NCBI GenBank assembly: GCA_031291825.1
Contig: JARLIG010000009.1
Span: forward strand, 136,058 to 200,057
Length of the DNA stretch: 64,000 nucleotides
From: Minisyncoccota bacterium
GTDB lineage: Bacteria > Patescibacteriota > Minisyncoccia > Phycocordibacterales > UBA9973
Direction: 5' to 3'
Shown here: positions 37,369 to 47,724 of the stretch, one piece after another
Position numbering within the stretch: position 1 is the first letter of the stretch
Layout: every line of letters begins with the position of its first letter
Program-made: the position numbers and the translations under genes
The notes under the pieces: model-generated
The model's database searches: none
Seen by the model: the letters and a program-made list of their open reading frames with translations, nothing else
Told to the model about the DNA's origin: nothing

Positions 37369-38540
37369 ATTAAAACCTTTATAAATCTTTTTTTGCCTAT
37401 TTTAAGTGTTAGATTTTCTGAAATTTTTAAATTTTGGTCTGTTATGTTTTTACTTTTATCGAGATTGTGTATGGCATTTCCTAAAATAAGTCTACGCCAT
37501 TCCCCTTTTGAAGATAAAATCTTATTTTTTACTAAAGCCTCACTTAATAACTCTCCATTAAGAACATTTATTTCTTCCATTTCTTCTGGGATTTCTTTTT
37601 TTTGAAAAGTATTAATGAAAGATTCTTGTGCTTCTCCTGCTTTCTTTTCTCCGTGATAAATTTTCACAATTTCAAAAGCCAATTTCATTTTAGCATCACG
37701 TGGATTTTGATTTATTTCGTTGATTTTAGGAATGGGGACACGAGTACAAATTTCAAAAGCTAATGGTATTAAACTGTCAGGCCAACTCATTATTTTTCCA
37801 AACATATTTTCTTCACTATCTTCCAAGGTAACCATATTACCTTCACTTTTTCCCATTTTTTTACCAGTTGGATCTACCAGAAGTTTTGTAGTTAAAATAT
37901 ATTTTTCCTTGCCACGATTTTTCATCATCGTACGCCCAATAAGCATATTAAAGGTTTGGTCATTTCCACCTATTTCCATATCTATATTCATCGCAACAGA
38001 ATCATATCCTTGCATAAGAGGATAAAAAAATTCATGCAGATGAATGGGTTGCCCTTCTTTTATTCTTTTTTCAAACATATCCCTTTCAATCATTTGCTGA
38101 AGAGTAAACTCTGAAGCAATCTCCATGCCTTCCTCAAAAGAAAGTTTTGATAACCATTTACTATTAAATTTAACTTGGGTTTTTTTCATATCCAAAATCT
38201 TACCAGCCTGTTTTGTGTAAGATTTAAGATTTTCTTTTATCTCTTTTATAGAAAGTTGTTTTCTGGTTGCTGTTTTATCGGTTGGATCACCTATCCTACC
38301 AGTAAAGTCACCAATGAGTAAAATTATTTTATGCCCCAAATCTTGCAATTCTCGTAGTTTAAGAAGGGTTGAACCGTGTCCGATGTGTAAAGTTGGTCCA
38401 GTAGGATCAATACCGTTATAAATAGATAATATTTTTCCAGACAAAAAAACTTTTTTTACCTCTTCTTTGGAAGGGTAAATATTTTCGACCCCCCTACTTA
38501 ATACTTCATCTATTTTTTTCTCGTCAGTTATCACTTTCAT
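37362..38540 (-). CDS. tyrS: tyrosine--tRNA ligase
   Basis: Class I HIGH motif (TLHIGHG), KMSKS-like KMGKS, TyrRS-like overall pattern and size. Confidence 0.7.
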   Translation of the reverse strand: MKVITDEKKIDEVLSRGVENIYPSKEEVKKVFLSGKILSIYNGIDPTGPTLHIGHGSTLLKLRELQDLGHKIILLIGDFTGRIGDPTDKTATRKQLSIKEIKENLKSYTKQAGKILDMKKTQVKFNSKWLSKLSFEEGMEIASEFTLQQMIERDMFEKRIKEGQPIHLHEFFYPLMQGYDSVAMNIDMEIGGNDQTFNMLIGRTMMKNRGKEKYILTTKLLVDPTGKKMGKSEGNMVTLEDSEENMFGKIMSWPDSLIPLAFEICTRVPIPKINEINQNPRDAKMKLAFEIVKIYHGEKKAGEAQESFINTFQKKEIPEEMEEINVLNGELLSEALVKNKILSSKGEWRRLILGNAIHNLDKSKNITDQNLKISENLTLKIGKKRFIKVLIK

Positions 38541-38567
38541 AACTCGAATTATAACATATTTTCTGTT

Positions 38568-41117
38568 ATGATTAAGGGGATGAAAAGGTTCTGGAGAAGA
38601 TTAAGAAAAATTTTTAAAAATAAGAAGTTATTGAAAAATCTGGCACTATTTTTTGCCAGTCTTGTTATTTTAATGTCTGGGGCACTAATTGTTCTAATTT
38701 TTTCTCTAAAAATTCCAGACTTTCATTCTCTTCAAGACCGCAAGGTGGTAAATTCCACCCAGATATATGACCGTACAGGGAAAATTTTACTTTATGATAT
38801 ACATCAAGATGTAAAAAGGACGGATGTTCCACTCGACGAGATGAGCCCAAATATTAAAAGTGCCACAATCGCAATTGAAGATTCTAATTTTTACAACGAA
38901 GGAGGCGTAAGGATAAGTTCTACCTTGCGAGCTCTTTTTTCGGATATTTTTCATATTGGCATAGGGGGTGGTGGTTCTACCATAACTCAACAGTTAGTAA
39001 AAAATACCCTTCTGACATCTGATAGAAGTTATATTAGAAAAATAAAAGAGTGGGTTTTGGCAATTAAAATTGATCAATCAATGTCTAAAGACGCAATATT
39101 AGAAGCATATTTAAATGAAATTCCTTATGGTGGAAATGTTTATGGTATCGAAGCAGCTAGTAAAAACTATTTCAATGAAGACGCATCACAACTAACACTT
39201 GCTCAAGCTGCGTATCTTGCATCAATTCCACAATCACCAACCACACTTTCTCCATACGGACCAAATAGAGATAAACTTGATGAAAGAAAAAATTTAGTAT
39301 TATCTAGAATGTTAGACTTAAAAATTATTACAGAAGCACAATATGGTGAAGCGAAAAATGAAGTTGTAACTTTTGTTCCACAAGCAACAATGGGAATCCG
39401 AGCACCGCACTTCGTTTTTTGGATTAAAAATTATCTGGAACAAAAGTATGGAAGCGATGTAGTAGATAATGGTGGCCTAAAAGTTATTACAACACTGGAT
39501 GCAAACCTACAATCACAAGCAGAACAAATTGTGGAGGCAGGCGCTTTACAAAACGAAAAAACTTGGAATGCCTCAAATGCTGCCTTAGTGGCGATAGATC
39601 CAAAAACTGGGCAAGTTCTGGCAATGGTAGGTTCTAGAAACTATTTTGACACAACAATTGATGGAAATTTCAATGTCGCCACAGCGACCAGACAACCAGG
39701 GTCTTCTTTTAAGCCTTTTATTTACGCCACAGCCTTCAATGACGGGTTTACTCCAGACACAGTGCTCTTTGACCTACCTACAGAATTTCAAACAACCTGT
39801 GACGCTTATGGTAAGGCCCTACCAGGCCACAACCAAAGCGATTGCTATATGCCGCAAGATTTTGATGGAAAATATCGAGGACCCATGACCCTACGAAATG
39901 CACTTGCTCAATCTATAAACATTCCAGCGGTAAAACTTTTTTACTTAACTGGGGAACAAAATTCTCTACAAACAGCAGAAAATATGGGTATTAGTACACT
40001 TGGAGATGCTGGACAATATGGACTGACGTTGGTTATCGGAGGTGGTGAGGTGTCACTCTTAGACATGACATCAGCTTATGGGGTATTTGCCGATGATGGT
40101 GTTAGAAATCCATATACTGGAATTCTGGAAGTTCAAGATTTAAATGGAAATGTTTTGGAACAATATCAATCCAACCCACAAACAGTTCTACCGAAAAACA
40201 CAGCTCTAACTATTTCAAATATTCTTTCCGATGAAACAGCCCGTGAACCAACCTTCGGAGTACATTCAGCTTTATATATTCCAGGTAAGGATGTGGCCGT
40301 AAAAACAGGAACAACCAATAATGATAAGGATGCTTGGACAATTGGCTATACTCCTTCTTTGGTTGTGGGAGTTTGGGCAGGAAACAATGACGATACTCCA
40401 ATGAAAAGTGGTGGCTCAGCCGTAGCTGGACCGATTTGGAATAAATTTATATCGACTGCCTTGGCAAACACCACAACTGAAACTTTTGAAAAACCAGATT
40501 TGGACGTAGACCCTACTTTAGTAAAACCAGTCTTGCGTGGTCTATGGGAAGGAAACGATAACTTTTTTATAGATAAAATTTCAGGACTTCTGGCTACTCC
40601 AAACACGCCCAAGGAAACAACCGAAGAAAAGGTGGTGACCGATGTTCATTCTATTTTATATTGGGTGGATAAAAATAATATTTTAGGACCTCCTCCAGCA
40701 AATCCAGAAAATGACCCGCAGTTTGAACACTGGGAGATACCTGTTCAAAATTGGTGGGCGCAAAATAAAGGAAATTATCCGACAACAACAGAAGCAGATA
40801 AGCCAACAGCGACTGACAACATACACACAGAGCAGAATAAACCCGTAGTTTCCATTATCTCTCCAGACGACACAACTACTTACCAACCAAACCAAAAAAT
40901 AAATCTACAAATAACCAGCTCTGGAAATTATTCTTTACAAAAGATGGATGTTTTTATAAATGATGTTTATATGGAAACCCTCCAGCCACCTTTTACTTAC
41001 TCTTTTAGACCAGAGGATTTAGAAAACTTACAAACTACTAATGATTTAAAAATAATTTCTTATGACACTGTCTATAATAGTAGTGAGTCTGATGTTGTTT
41101 TTAAAGTAGCACAATAA
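38568..41117 (+). CDS. penicillin-binding protein 1A (bifunctional glycosyltransferase/transpeptidase) with C-terminal extension
   Basis: GT51 motifs (EDSNFY, GGSTITQQ). Transpeptidase SSFKP (SxxK), SxN and KTGT motifs. N-terminal TM. Confidence 0.9.
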   Translation: MIKGMKRFWRRLRKIFKNKKLLKNLALFFASLVILMSGALIVLIFSLKIPDFHSLQDRKVVNSTQIYDRTGKILLYDIHQDVKRTDVPLDEMSPNIKSATIAIEDSNFYNEGGVRISSTLRALFSDIFHIGIGGGGSTITQQLVKNTLLTSDRSYIRKIKEWVLAIKIDQSMSKDAILEAYLNEIPYGGNVYGIEAASKNYFNEDASQLTLAQAAYLASIPQSPTTLSPYGPNRDKLDERKNLVLSRMLDLKIITEAQYGEAKNEVVTFVPQATMGIRAPHFVFWIKNYLEQKYGSDVVDNGGLKVITTLDANLQSQAEQIVEAGALQNEKTWNASNAALVAIDPKTGQVLAMVGSRNYFDTTIDGNFNVATATRQPGSSFKPFIYATAFNDGFTPDTVLFDLPTEFQTTCDAYGKALPGHNQSDCYMPQDFDGKYRGPMTLRNALAQSINIPAVKLFYLTGEQNSLQTAENMGISTLGDAGQYGLTLVIGGGEVSLLDMTSAYGVFADDGVRNPYTGILEVQDLNGNVLEQYQSNPQTVLPKNTALTISNILSDETAREPTFGVHSALYIPGKDVAVKTGTTNNDKDAWTIGYTPSLVVGVWAGNNDDTPMKSGGSAVAGPIWNKFISTALANTTTETFEKPDLDVDPTLVKPVLRGLWEGNDNFFIDKISGLLATPNTPKETTEEKVVTDVHSILYWVDKNNILGPPPANPENDPQFEHWEIPVQNWWAQNKGNYPTTTEADKPTATDNIHTEQNKPVVSIISPDDTTTYQPNQKINLQITSSGNYSLQKMDVFINDVYMETLQPPFTYSFRPEDLENLQTTNDLKIISYDTVYNSSESDVVFKVAQ

Positions 41118-41375
41118 TTATCTAATGTCTTTGGGTATTTTTTCACCCAAAGATTCTTTTAGGGCTAGAAAAATTTTTTCTTGTTTCAAGAAAATTTCAT
41201 TCTTGTAAATAGGTCTAATATTTAAATAGATTGTATTGTTTTTTATTTTTATATCTTCAGATTTTATATCTATTCCAATTGTTTTTTGTAAAACATCTCG
41301 AATGGCTCCTTTTTTAACTTCTCCAGAGACTAGAAGTTTACTAAACTTACCCAATAAATCTTTTATTTCAATCAT
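41118..41375 (-). CDS. small protein downstream of dnaN, possibly DUF721/DciA-like
   Basis: 85 aa ORF immediately following dnaN on the same strand. Assignment by position and weak pattern only. Confidence 0.3.
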   Translation of the reverse strand: MIEIKDLLGKFSKLLVSGEVKKGAIRDVLQKTIGIDIKSEDIKIKNNTIYLNIRPIYKNEIFLKQEKIFLALKESLGEKIPKDIR

Positions 41376-41376
41376 C

Positions 41377-42474
41377 TTACTTATTCATTGGCATAATAAG
41401 ATATGTAAACAGTGAATCAGAAACAGGGGAAACAACTATTGGCTTTCCGTTTCCAGCCATTTTTATAGAAACACTATCGGTAGTAATTGACTGGAAGCAA
41501 TCCAAAAAATATTTATAATTAAACCCTAGCTCAATATTTTCTCCATTAATAACAGCATCCAAATAGGTTTTGTTTTCTCCAATATCGTTGTTTATAGAGG
41601 AAAGTTCGAAGATTTTTTCCTTGGGTAAAATTTTAAGATTAACTTGATTAAATTTATCAGAAAAAATATTTGAGATTCTAAGCGCATTTAATAAATCTTG
41701 TTTTAAAACAACAATTTCGGTGGTGGAATCTTTGGGAATAATCTGACGATAGTCTGGGAAAATTCCATCAATCACCCTAGAGGTTAAGTAAATATTATCG
41801 GAAGAAAAAGAGATTTGGTTTTTATTGAAACACACCTTTATGGAGTCTTGAATTTCTCCAAAAATTTTTAATATTTCAGAAATGTTTTTATAAGGAATAA
41901 GTATTCCCGATATTTCTGGAACTCCTTTTGTTTTTATTTTTTTCTCAGCCAACCTAAAAGAGTCAGTTGCAACAAAAACTAAATTTTCGTTGTTGGTGTA
42001 CATAAAAACACTTGAGATTTCTGGTTTTATATCTGAGACAGAAGAACTGTAGTAAACTGATTTTATCCCATCAACTAATTTTTTTGATTCTATCTCAAAA
42101 CTTGTTCCATCAACTATTGGTATTGTTGGAAAGTCTTCGTGTGGTTGGCTTTTTAGTTTTATTTGAGTTTTCTTTGTTTTAATTAACAGGTTGTCATCCT
42201 TATTTTCAAGTTGAACATTTTCATTTTGAGAAACATTAGAAAAGATTGCATTTAAAACAGAACCAGAAATAGCTAAGGTTCCTTCTTTTTCTATTTTCGC
42301 CGGAATTTCAATTTCAATACCAAGACTTAAATTGGTTGACCTTAATTTCAAAGATTTTTGAGAAGCAATTAATAAAATAGAACTCAATATTGGCAGGGTT
42401 AAATTTTTACCAGTTATTTTTTCAACTTGAGCAACTGCATTTTTTATTTTTTCAATTGAACATTCTAATTTCAT
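41377..42474 (-). CDS. dnaN: DNA polymerase III beta subunit (sliding clamp)
   Basis: Three-domain beta-clamp pattern, immediately downstream of dnaA. Confidence 0.9.
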   Translation of the reverse strand: MKLECSIEKIKNAVAQVEKITGKNLTLPILSSILLIASQKSLKLRSTNLSLGIEIEIPAKIEKEGTLAISGSVLNAIFSNVSQNENVQLENKDDNLLIKTKKTQIKLKSQPHEDFPTIPIVDGTSFEIESKKLVDGIKSVYYSSSVSDIKPEISSVFMYTNNENLVFVATDSFRLAEKKIKTKGVPEISGILIPYKNISEILKIFGEIQDSIKVCFNKNQISFSSDNIYLTSRVIDGIFPDYRQIIPKDSTTEIVVLKQDLLNALRISNIFSDKFNQVNLKILPKEKIFELSSINNDIGENKTYLDAVINGENIELGFNYKYFLDCFQSITTDSVSIKMAGNGKPIVVSPVSDSLFTYLIMPMNK

Positions 42475-42690
42475 ATATGTTTATATCTTTATATAATTAA
42501 ATTATTAATAATATTAGTTGTGTTGATAAGTGGATTAAGTAATCATAGCTATGTTTATATAATTATATTTGTTTTTTTAATTTTTAATCTAAGTCTAACA
42601 ACTCCCGTCTGTTTTTCTTAAATTGTTTCTTTTTAATTAAAATTAATACTTATTATTTTTTAATACCATCTTTTAAACACATTATTAAGT
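42475..42690. other. extremely AT-rich dnaA-dnaN intergenic region with degenerate DnaA boxes (candidate DNA unwinding element / oriC part)
   Basis: 216 bp, almost entirely A/T, containing tgttgataagtggattaag. Confidence 0.45.
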
Positions 42691-44031
42691 TTATTTAAAC
42701 ATAATTCTTATCTGTTCTAACTCTTGTAATAGTTGGGGGTCATTTTTTAAGTCGGTTTTAATTTTTAAACAGGAATGAATAACCGTGGTGTGGTCCTTAC
42801 CGCCCAGTTTTTGTCCAATTAAAGGATAAGAGACATTAAAATCTTCACGCAATAAATACATAACAATCTGTCTAGCCTTAACTATCTCTTTTTTTCTGGT
42901 TTTTTCATAAACAGAAGCCTCTTCAAGTTTATAGTATTCACTAACAATTTTTACAACATCTTTAATTGCCATATTTTTCTTAGGACGCATGTTGTTTTTT
43001 AGCAAACTCTTAACCTCCATAAGGGTTAAAGGCTTATTTTTCAAGCGATATTGGCAAACAATAAGATTTAGACTTCCCTCCAACTCACGAATATTTCCTT
43101 GTACAGAGCTGGCAACATACTCAACTAGTTCTTGTTCTAAATCAACATTAAGTTCACGAAGTTTTACTTTTAGAATAGCTAAACGCGATTCATATTCTGG
43201 TTCAGAAATATCGACAATCATTCCAGCAGCAAACCTTGATTTTAAACGGTCGGCTAACTCTGGAATATAGTTGGGGTGTTTGTCAGAAGAAAAAATAATT
43301 TGTTTATTGTTTTCATAAAAAGTGTTAAAGGTGTGAAAAAGCTCTTCTTGAATTTTTTCCATTTTTCCAATAAATTGAATATCATCTATGATTAAAAGGT
43401 CATATTTACGATATTTTTCCTTAAAAGAATTTGCCTTATTGCTTTGGAGAGAGTTAATAAAATCTGTCGCAAACTTTTCTAAAGTCATATAATGAACTTT
43501 TTTGTTTGGATACTTATCTTTAATGGAGTTTCCAACAGCCTGAATAAGGTGTGTCTTTCCAAGTCCAGTACCTCCATAAATGAAAAACGGATTATATTTA
43601 GTTCCAGGAGACTCTATGATCGCCTGAGCGGCCGCGTAGGCTAATTCGTTGAAGGTTCCAACAATAAAAGAGTTAAAATGATAGCGTGGATTTAGGTTGT
43701 CATCCGGGTTTATATATAAATCTCTTAAAGGCAATTCTTTTTCAATTGTTTCTTTGGTTGTTACCACCTCTTGTGTGGTATTTTCTACCTTAGTGATGAT
43801 ATATTCAACCGCACGCATATTTTCATACTCATCCGCAATTGTTTTGGTGATAAGTTTGTGATATTTATTCATAAGCCAATCACGAACAAACTCATTTGGA
43901 ACTCCAATATAGATGATGCCAGTATCTTCTTTGGCAATAGACGTATTTTTAAACCAAGTACTGAAATTCGCTTTTGAAATACCAGTTTCAATTTCAGCTA
44001 GACAGTTTTTCCAAAGCTGTTTTGTATTCAT
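42691..44031 (-). CDS. dnaA: chromosomal replication initiator DnaA
   Basis: AAA+ Walker A GGTGLGKTHL, box VII, C-terminal DNA-binding domain (..VSYPLIGQKLGGKDHTTVIH). Confidence 0.95.
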   Translation of the reverse strand: MNTKQLWKNCLAEIETGISKANFSTWFKNTSIAKEDTGIIYIGVPNEFVRDWLMNKYHKLITKTIADEYENMRAVEYIITKVENTTQEVVTTKETIEKELPLRDLYINPDDNLNPRYHFNSFIVGTFNELAYAAAQAIIESPGTKYNPFFIYGGTGLGKTHLIQAVGNSIKDKYPNKKVHYMTLEKFATDFINSLQSNKANSFKEKYRKYDLLIIDDIQFIGKMEKIQEELFHTFNTFYENNKQIIFSSDKHPNYIPELADRLKSRFAAGMIVDISEPEYESRLAILKVKLRELNVDLEQELVEYVASSVQGNIRELEGSLNLIVCQYRLKNKPLTLMEVKSLLKNNMRPKKNMAIKDVVKIVSEYYKLEEASVYEKTRKKEIVKARQIVMYLLREDFNVSYPLIGQKLGGKDHTTVIHSCLKIKTDLKNDPQLLQELEQIRIMFK

Positions 44032-44208
44032 AGTTTCATATTATACTATTTCTATTTTAGATGACATCTTTTAAAACTTACTAACTCTGTTGATAAGCTG
44101 TGGATAAAAATCGTCGGTTCATGCACGTATAGACAGCAAGGTGTTTTTGTTTATTGATTTATTCTTAATTATATTATAGACTCTATTATATGTCACAAAC
44201 ATATCAAC
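44032..44208. other. candidate oriC segment upstream of dnaA: perfect DnaA box TGTGGATAA (44099-44107) plus a 1-mismatch box tgttgataa (44088-44096)
   Basis: Divergent dnaA/rpmH intergenic region. Two adjacent DnaA boxes. AT-rich. Confidence 0.5.
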
Positions 44209-44343
44209 CAAAAAAGCGAAAAAGAGCAAAATCTCATGGATTTCTAGTAAGATCTAGGACTAAAACTGGAAAGCGTGTTTTAAAGAGGAGACGTCAAAAA
44301 GGCAGAGCCAAACTTTCAGTTTAAGCTATTAAGTTCATAAAGT
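44209..44343 (+). CDS. rpmH: 50S ribosomal protein L34
   Basis: [44 protein letters not shown], 44 aa, canonical L34. It is not in the supplied ORF track (below 60 aa). Confidence 0.9.
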
Positions 44344-44401
44344 TGAAAGTTTTTAAAGCAGTTTAATCTTTACGAACTTTATAACTTTTTACTTTATAAC
44401 T
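44332..44401. repeat. AT-rich MITE-like element, copy A (termini agttcataaagtt ... actttttactttataact)
   Basis: The same terminal motifs recur at 52501-52616. The termini are imperfect inverted repeats of each other. Confidence 0.5.
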
Positions 44402-44407
44402 ATTTTT

Positions 44408-44734
44408 ATGCTTCCTAAAAAAAATAGAGCCGATAGAAAGGCAATAGAAAAAATCTTTAAAGAAGGTAAGTTTTTAAATTCTTCTAATCTTACTTTCAAA
44501 TTCCTTCTAAACAAAAATTCTCTAGCTCCACAAATTTCTTTTATTGCTCCAAAAGGTGTGGCAAAACTTGCGGTTAAAAGAAATTTACTAAGACGGCATG
44601 GATATACTGCTTTAAGTAGGTACATTAACCAATTCCCTCTTGGTATAGTGGGCGCTTTTCTTTACAAGAAAGCCCAAAGCGATGTTTTGATAATTGAAAA
44701 TGAAATTAAAAACATACTTTCTAAAATTAATTGA
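44408..44734 (+). CDS. rnpA: ribonuclease P protein component
   Basis: Basic 108 aa protein with the RnpA pattern (RLLRRHGYTAL) downstream of rpmH. Confidence 0.85.
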   Translation: MLPKKNRADRKAIEKIFKEGKFLNSSNLTFKFLLNKNSLAPQISFIAPKGVAKLAVKRNLLRRHGYTALSRYINQFPLGIVGAFLYKKAQSDVLIIENEIKNILSKIN

Positions 44735-44915
44735 TTTTTATCAAAAATATATTTCAGTATATTTAAAGCCGAGCTGTGTTTTTTATCCTACTTGTTCAGA
44801 ATACACAAAGCAGGCAATAGAAAAATATGGAGTGCTGAAGGGCAGTTACCTTGGGTTTTTACGAATCCTCCGTTGTCATCCTTGGCAGAAAAAACACATG
44901 GACCCACTGAAATAA
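44694..44915 (+). CDS. yidD: membrane protein insertion efficiency factor YidD
   Basis: YQKYIS..L...C.FYPTCSEY...AI.KYG, conserved YidD cysteines. Confidence 0.8.
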   Translation: MKMKLKTYFLKLIDFYQKYISVYLKPSCVFYPTCSEYTKQAIEKYGVLKGSYLGFLRILRCHPWQKKHMDPLK

Positions 44916-45006
44916 ATTAAGAATTTCGATTTACGAATTAAGAATTAAATTCGTAATTACTCATTCGTAATTTGTAATTGAATCAGTTTTCATATAGAAT
45001 GGGGAG

Positions 45007-45795
45007 ATGATTAGTCAGATCTGGAATCTAGTTTTATATCAGCCACTATTAAACGCATTGGCTTTTTTAGTCTCAATTATCCCTGGTGGAGATGTGGGTA
45101 TTGCCGTTATAGTTCTTACTATTCTGGTAAAAGTTATACTATTCCCTCTTTCTAGAAAATCTATTGAAAGTCAGGCTCAAATGAATATGCTTGCTCCAGA
45201 GTTGCAGAAAATAAAGGAAAGTGGTGCAAGTAAAGAGGAGCAAGCGACACGTACTTTTGAGCTTTATAAACAACACAAAACTAATCCATTTTCCGGATGT
45301 CTTTTGATGTTAATTCAGATTCCAATTATTTTCGCTTTGTACTATGTTTTCTTAAAGGGAATACATTTCCAGAACGGAGTGCTTTATTCCTTCGTTCATA
45401 TCCCAGCACACATGAATATGATTTTCCTAGGGATAGTTGATATTGGTAAAAAAAGTTTATTACTAGCGATTCTTGCCGGAGTTTCTCAGTCCCTTCAGGC
45501 ACACTTTATGCCAATGCCGGCTCTTTCAGGAGGCGCCAATCCATCATTCCAAGATAGTTTTGGAAAAAGTATGAATATGCAGATGAAATATGTTTTCCCT
45601 TTTATTGTCGCCTTCATCGCCTATAATATTTCTGGAGCAGTTGCTTTATATTGGATTACCAGTAATTTATTTATGGTTGGTCAACAAATTTATATTAAAA
45701 AGAAAGTATTTACCCCGAATATGATAAAAGTAGAGTCAAAAGTTATTTTAGAAGAAATGAAACAACTTGATAAAGAAAAAAAGTTAACCAAATAA
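45007..45795 (+). CDS. yidC: membrane protein insertase YidC (short, Gram-positive/Oxa1-like form)
   Basis: 5-TM core with conserved hydrophilic groove residues. Located after rnpA-yidD. Confidence 0.85.
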   Translation: MISQIWNLVLYQPLLNALAFLVSIIPGGDVGIAVIVLTILVKVILFPLSRKSIESQAQMNMLAPELQKIKESGASKEEQATRTFELYKQHKTNPFSGCLLMLIQIPIIFALYYVFLKGIHFQNGVLYSFVHIPAHMNMIFLGIVDIGKKSLLLAILAGVSQSLQAHFMPMPALSGGANPSFQDSFGKSMNMQMKYVFPFIVAFIAYNISGAVALYWITSNLFMVGQQIYIKKKVFTPNMIKVESKVILEEMKQLDKEKKLTK

Positions 45796-45796
45796 T

Positions 45797-46297
45797 ATGG
45801 ACAAAGATGAAATACAAAATTTAATAAAAGAGTTAATTGAAAAAACTACAATAAAACTGAACAGTATTTCTGTGACTGAGGAAGGCTCTAAAAATATTTG
45901 GGTTTCTCTCGACGTTGGTGAGCCAATGTTCTTTACTTCGCGTGAGGGCGAAGGACTGCAAGCCTTAAATCATCTTGTACATAGAATTATTGAAACAAAA
46001 ATGTTGCCAAAAAGAAACGCGGGCACAATGGAATCCAATATAGAAAATACTCTAGGTAATATTCTTATCGACATAAACGGTTTTCAAAAAAAACACATCG
46101 AGGGTATTCGAGCAGTAGCACACATGATGTCTGAACGAGCACGATATTTTAAATCAAATATAGAAGTTGACCCCATGTCTGCTTTTGAACGTAGAATTGT
46201 TCATGAATTTTTATCGGAAGCAACTGACTTAAAAACCGAGTCAGTTGGTTTTGGCCCTTCTCGTAGAGTGGTTATAAAATATGTTGGAGCGATTTAA
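45797..46297 (+). CDS. jag: Jag/KhpB-like RNA-binding protein (KH plus R3H domains)
   Basis: C-terminal R3H motif ..ERRIVHEFL.. and conserved synteny after yidC. Confidence 0.75.
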   Translation: MDKDEIQNLIKELIEKTTIKLNSISVTEEGSKNIWVSLDVGEPMFFTSREGEGLQALNHLVHRIIETKMLPKRNAGTMESNIENTLGNILIDINGFQKKHIEGIRAVAHMMSERARYFKSNIEVDPMSAFERRIVHEFLSEATDLKTESVGFGPSRRVVIKYVGAI

Positions 46298-46298
46298 T

Positions 46299-47720
46299 TT
46301 AATTTAAATTAAATTCCCAAAGGAAAGAGTCCTTTTTGTTTACAAAAAATAAGTAATTTCCACTACTATCTAATTGAAGTTTGATACCATCAATAGCTTC
46401 TCCCCCGCTAACTGTAAGTGGGTCTACAAGCATCGTCGTGTTGCCTGTTGTTGTATCTATTTTCCAAATTTCGTCTGAGAAAGATACTTCTCCTTGATAC
46501 CACCCATCAGGATATTGAGTATTGGGAATAAGTCTGGGTACCGCACAATAAACAACCGTACTCGTGTTCCCCCAAACGCATTTTTCTGGGAGAGTTTTAA
46601 CGCCTAAAATAGTTGAAGTATTTGTGGCTGTGTTATAAACACTTAAGTTTAAACTATCATCTCCATAAAGAAGAAGTTTTCCATCAGGACTAGTCAGTGT
46701 AGTAAGACCATTTATATTGCCTAAAATTTGATTAAAATTATTACCACTTTGATTCATCTCATATACATACCCAGGGATGCCGTTAGCGGGCTTGGTCGTC
46801 AAAGTAATATCCTGATTATTTGGCCACCAGGATGTCCACTCAGTGAAAGGTGAACTAAAAATTTGTACTTTTTTATTAGTTAAAAAATTTAAGGTTGTAC
46901 CAATCATATTAGTACCATTATTAAATAAATAAAAGATACTTGAACTGTCTGGTGAAACACTTATGGATTTAATATTGTTTGGCAACAAAGAACCCGTAAG
47001 GGCATTGTTTACAATTGTATCTGCTCCTAAATATTCTTTTGGGAGAGTGCCCATAAAAGTCTCAATTGTTTTTCCATCTGATTGCAAATATCTCATGACT
47101 ACAGAATTTCCACTATTTCCAAAATAGGCATCATAAACTTGGGGAATAACGGTTGTTGTATATTGTCCTTCTGCTATAACATCGGCAAAAGTCTCGTAAA
47201 TATTACCCGTAGCTCTCGCGACATATCTCAAAGCTGGGGCAAATTCTGTCAAAGGAGCAGTAGGTTTGGTAGTAGTTTTTTTTGTACTACTAGTAGTTTT
47301 TGAAGTACTTGTTGTTGGTGTTGCTTGCGGTGAGCTTGTCGAAACTGTTGCGTTTGTGGTGGAAGTCGTTGTGGCGGGAGTTGAATTAGTTGATGGTATT
47401 GCTGGTGTTGGCGTTACAGGAACTATTAATCTTTGTTTACTAAAAACAGTGTAACCAGCGATCGGCATACTAGAAACCTTTTTTAATTTCACATTAGCTG
47501 CAGGAGTTACAACAGGAGGAGTGACTGTGGTTGGTGGTGTGGTCGTGGTTGGTGGCGTTGTTTTACTTGCAAAAGGATTAAACTGCGCGAAAAAATTTGT
47601 GCCAGGGGTATTACTCCCCGTTGTATTTGTTGCTGGTTTACTAAAATAAAAAAATCCAAAAACTGCAATGATTGCGATGATTAGAACTATCATTAAAAGT
47701 ATAAAATTTCTTTTTGACAT
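46299..47720 (-). CDS. membrane-anchored secreted protein with Thr/Pro-rich stalk and TolB-like beta-propeller repeats
   Basis: N-terminal signal-anchor, TTPPTTTTPPTTVTPP linker, repeated SPDG..L.Y motifs typical of PD40/WD40-like propellers. Confidence 0.5.
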   Translation of the reverse strand: MSKRNFILLMIVLIIAIIAVFGFFYFSKPATNTTGSNTPGTNFFAQFNPFASKTTPPTTTTPPTTVTPPVVTPAANVKLKKVSSMPIAGYTVFSKQRLIVPVTPTPAIPSTNSTPATTTSTTNATVSTSSPQATPTTSTSKTTSSTKKTTTKPTAPLTEFAPALRYVARATGNIYETFADVIAEGQYTTTVIPQVYDAYFGNSGNSVVMRYLQSDGKTIETFMGTLPKEYLGADTIVNNALTGSLLPNNIKSISVSPDSSSIFYLFNNGTNMIGTTLNFLTNKKVQIFSSPFTEWTSWWPNNQDITLTTKPANGIPGYVYEMNQSGNNFNQILGNINGLTTLTSPDGKLLLYGDDSLNLSVYNTATNTSTILGVKTLPEKCVWGNTSTVVYCAVPRLIPNTQYPDGWYQGEVSFSDEIWKIDTTTGNTTMLVDPLTVSGGEAIDGIKLQLDSSGNYLFFVNKKDSFLWEFNLN

Positions 47721-47724
47721 AAAA

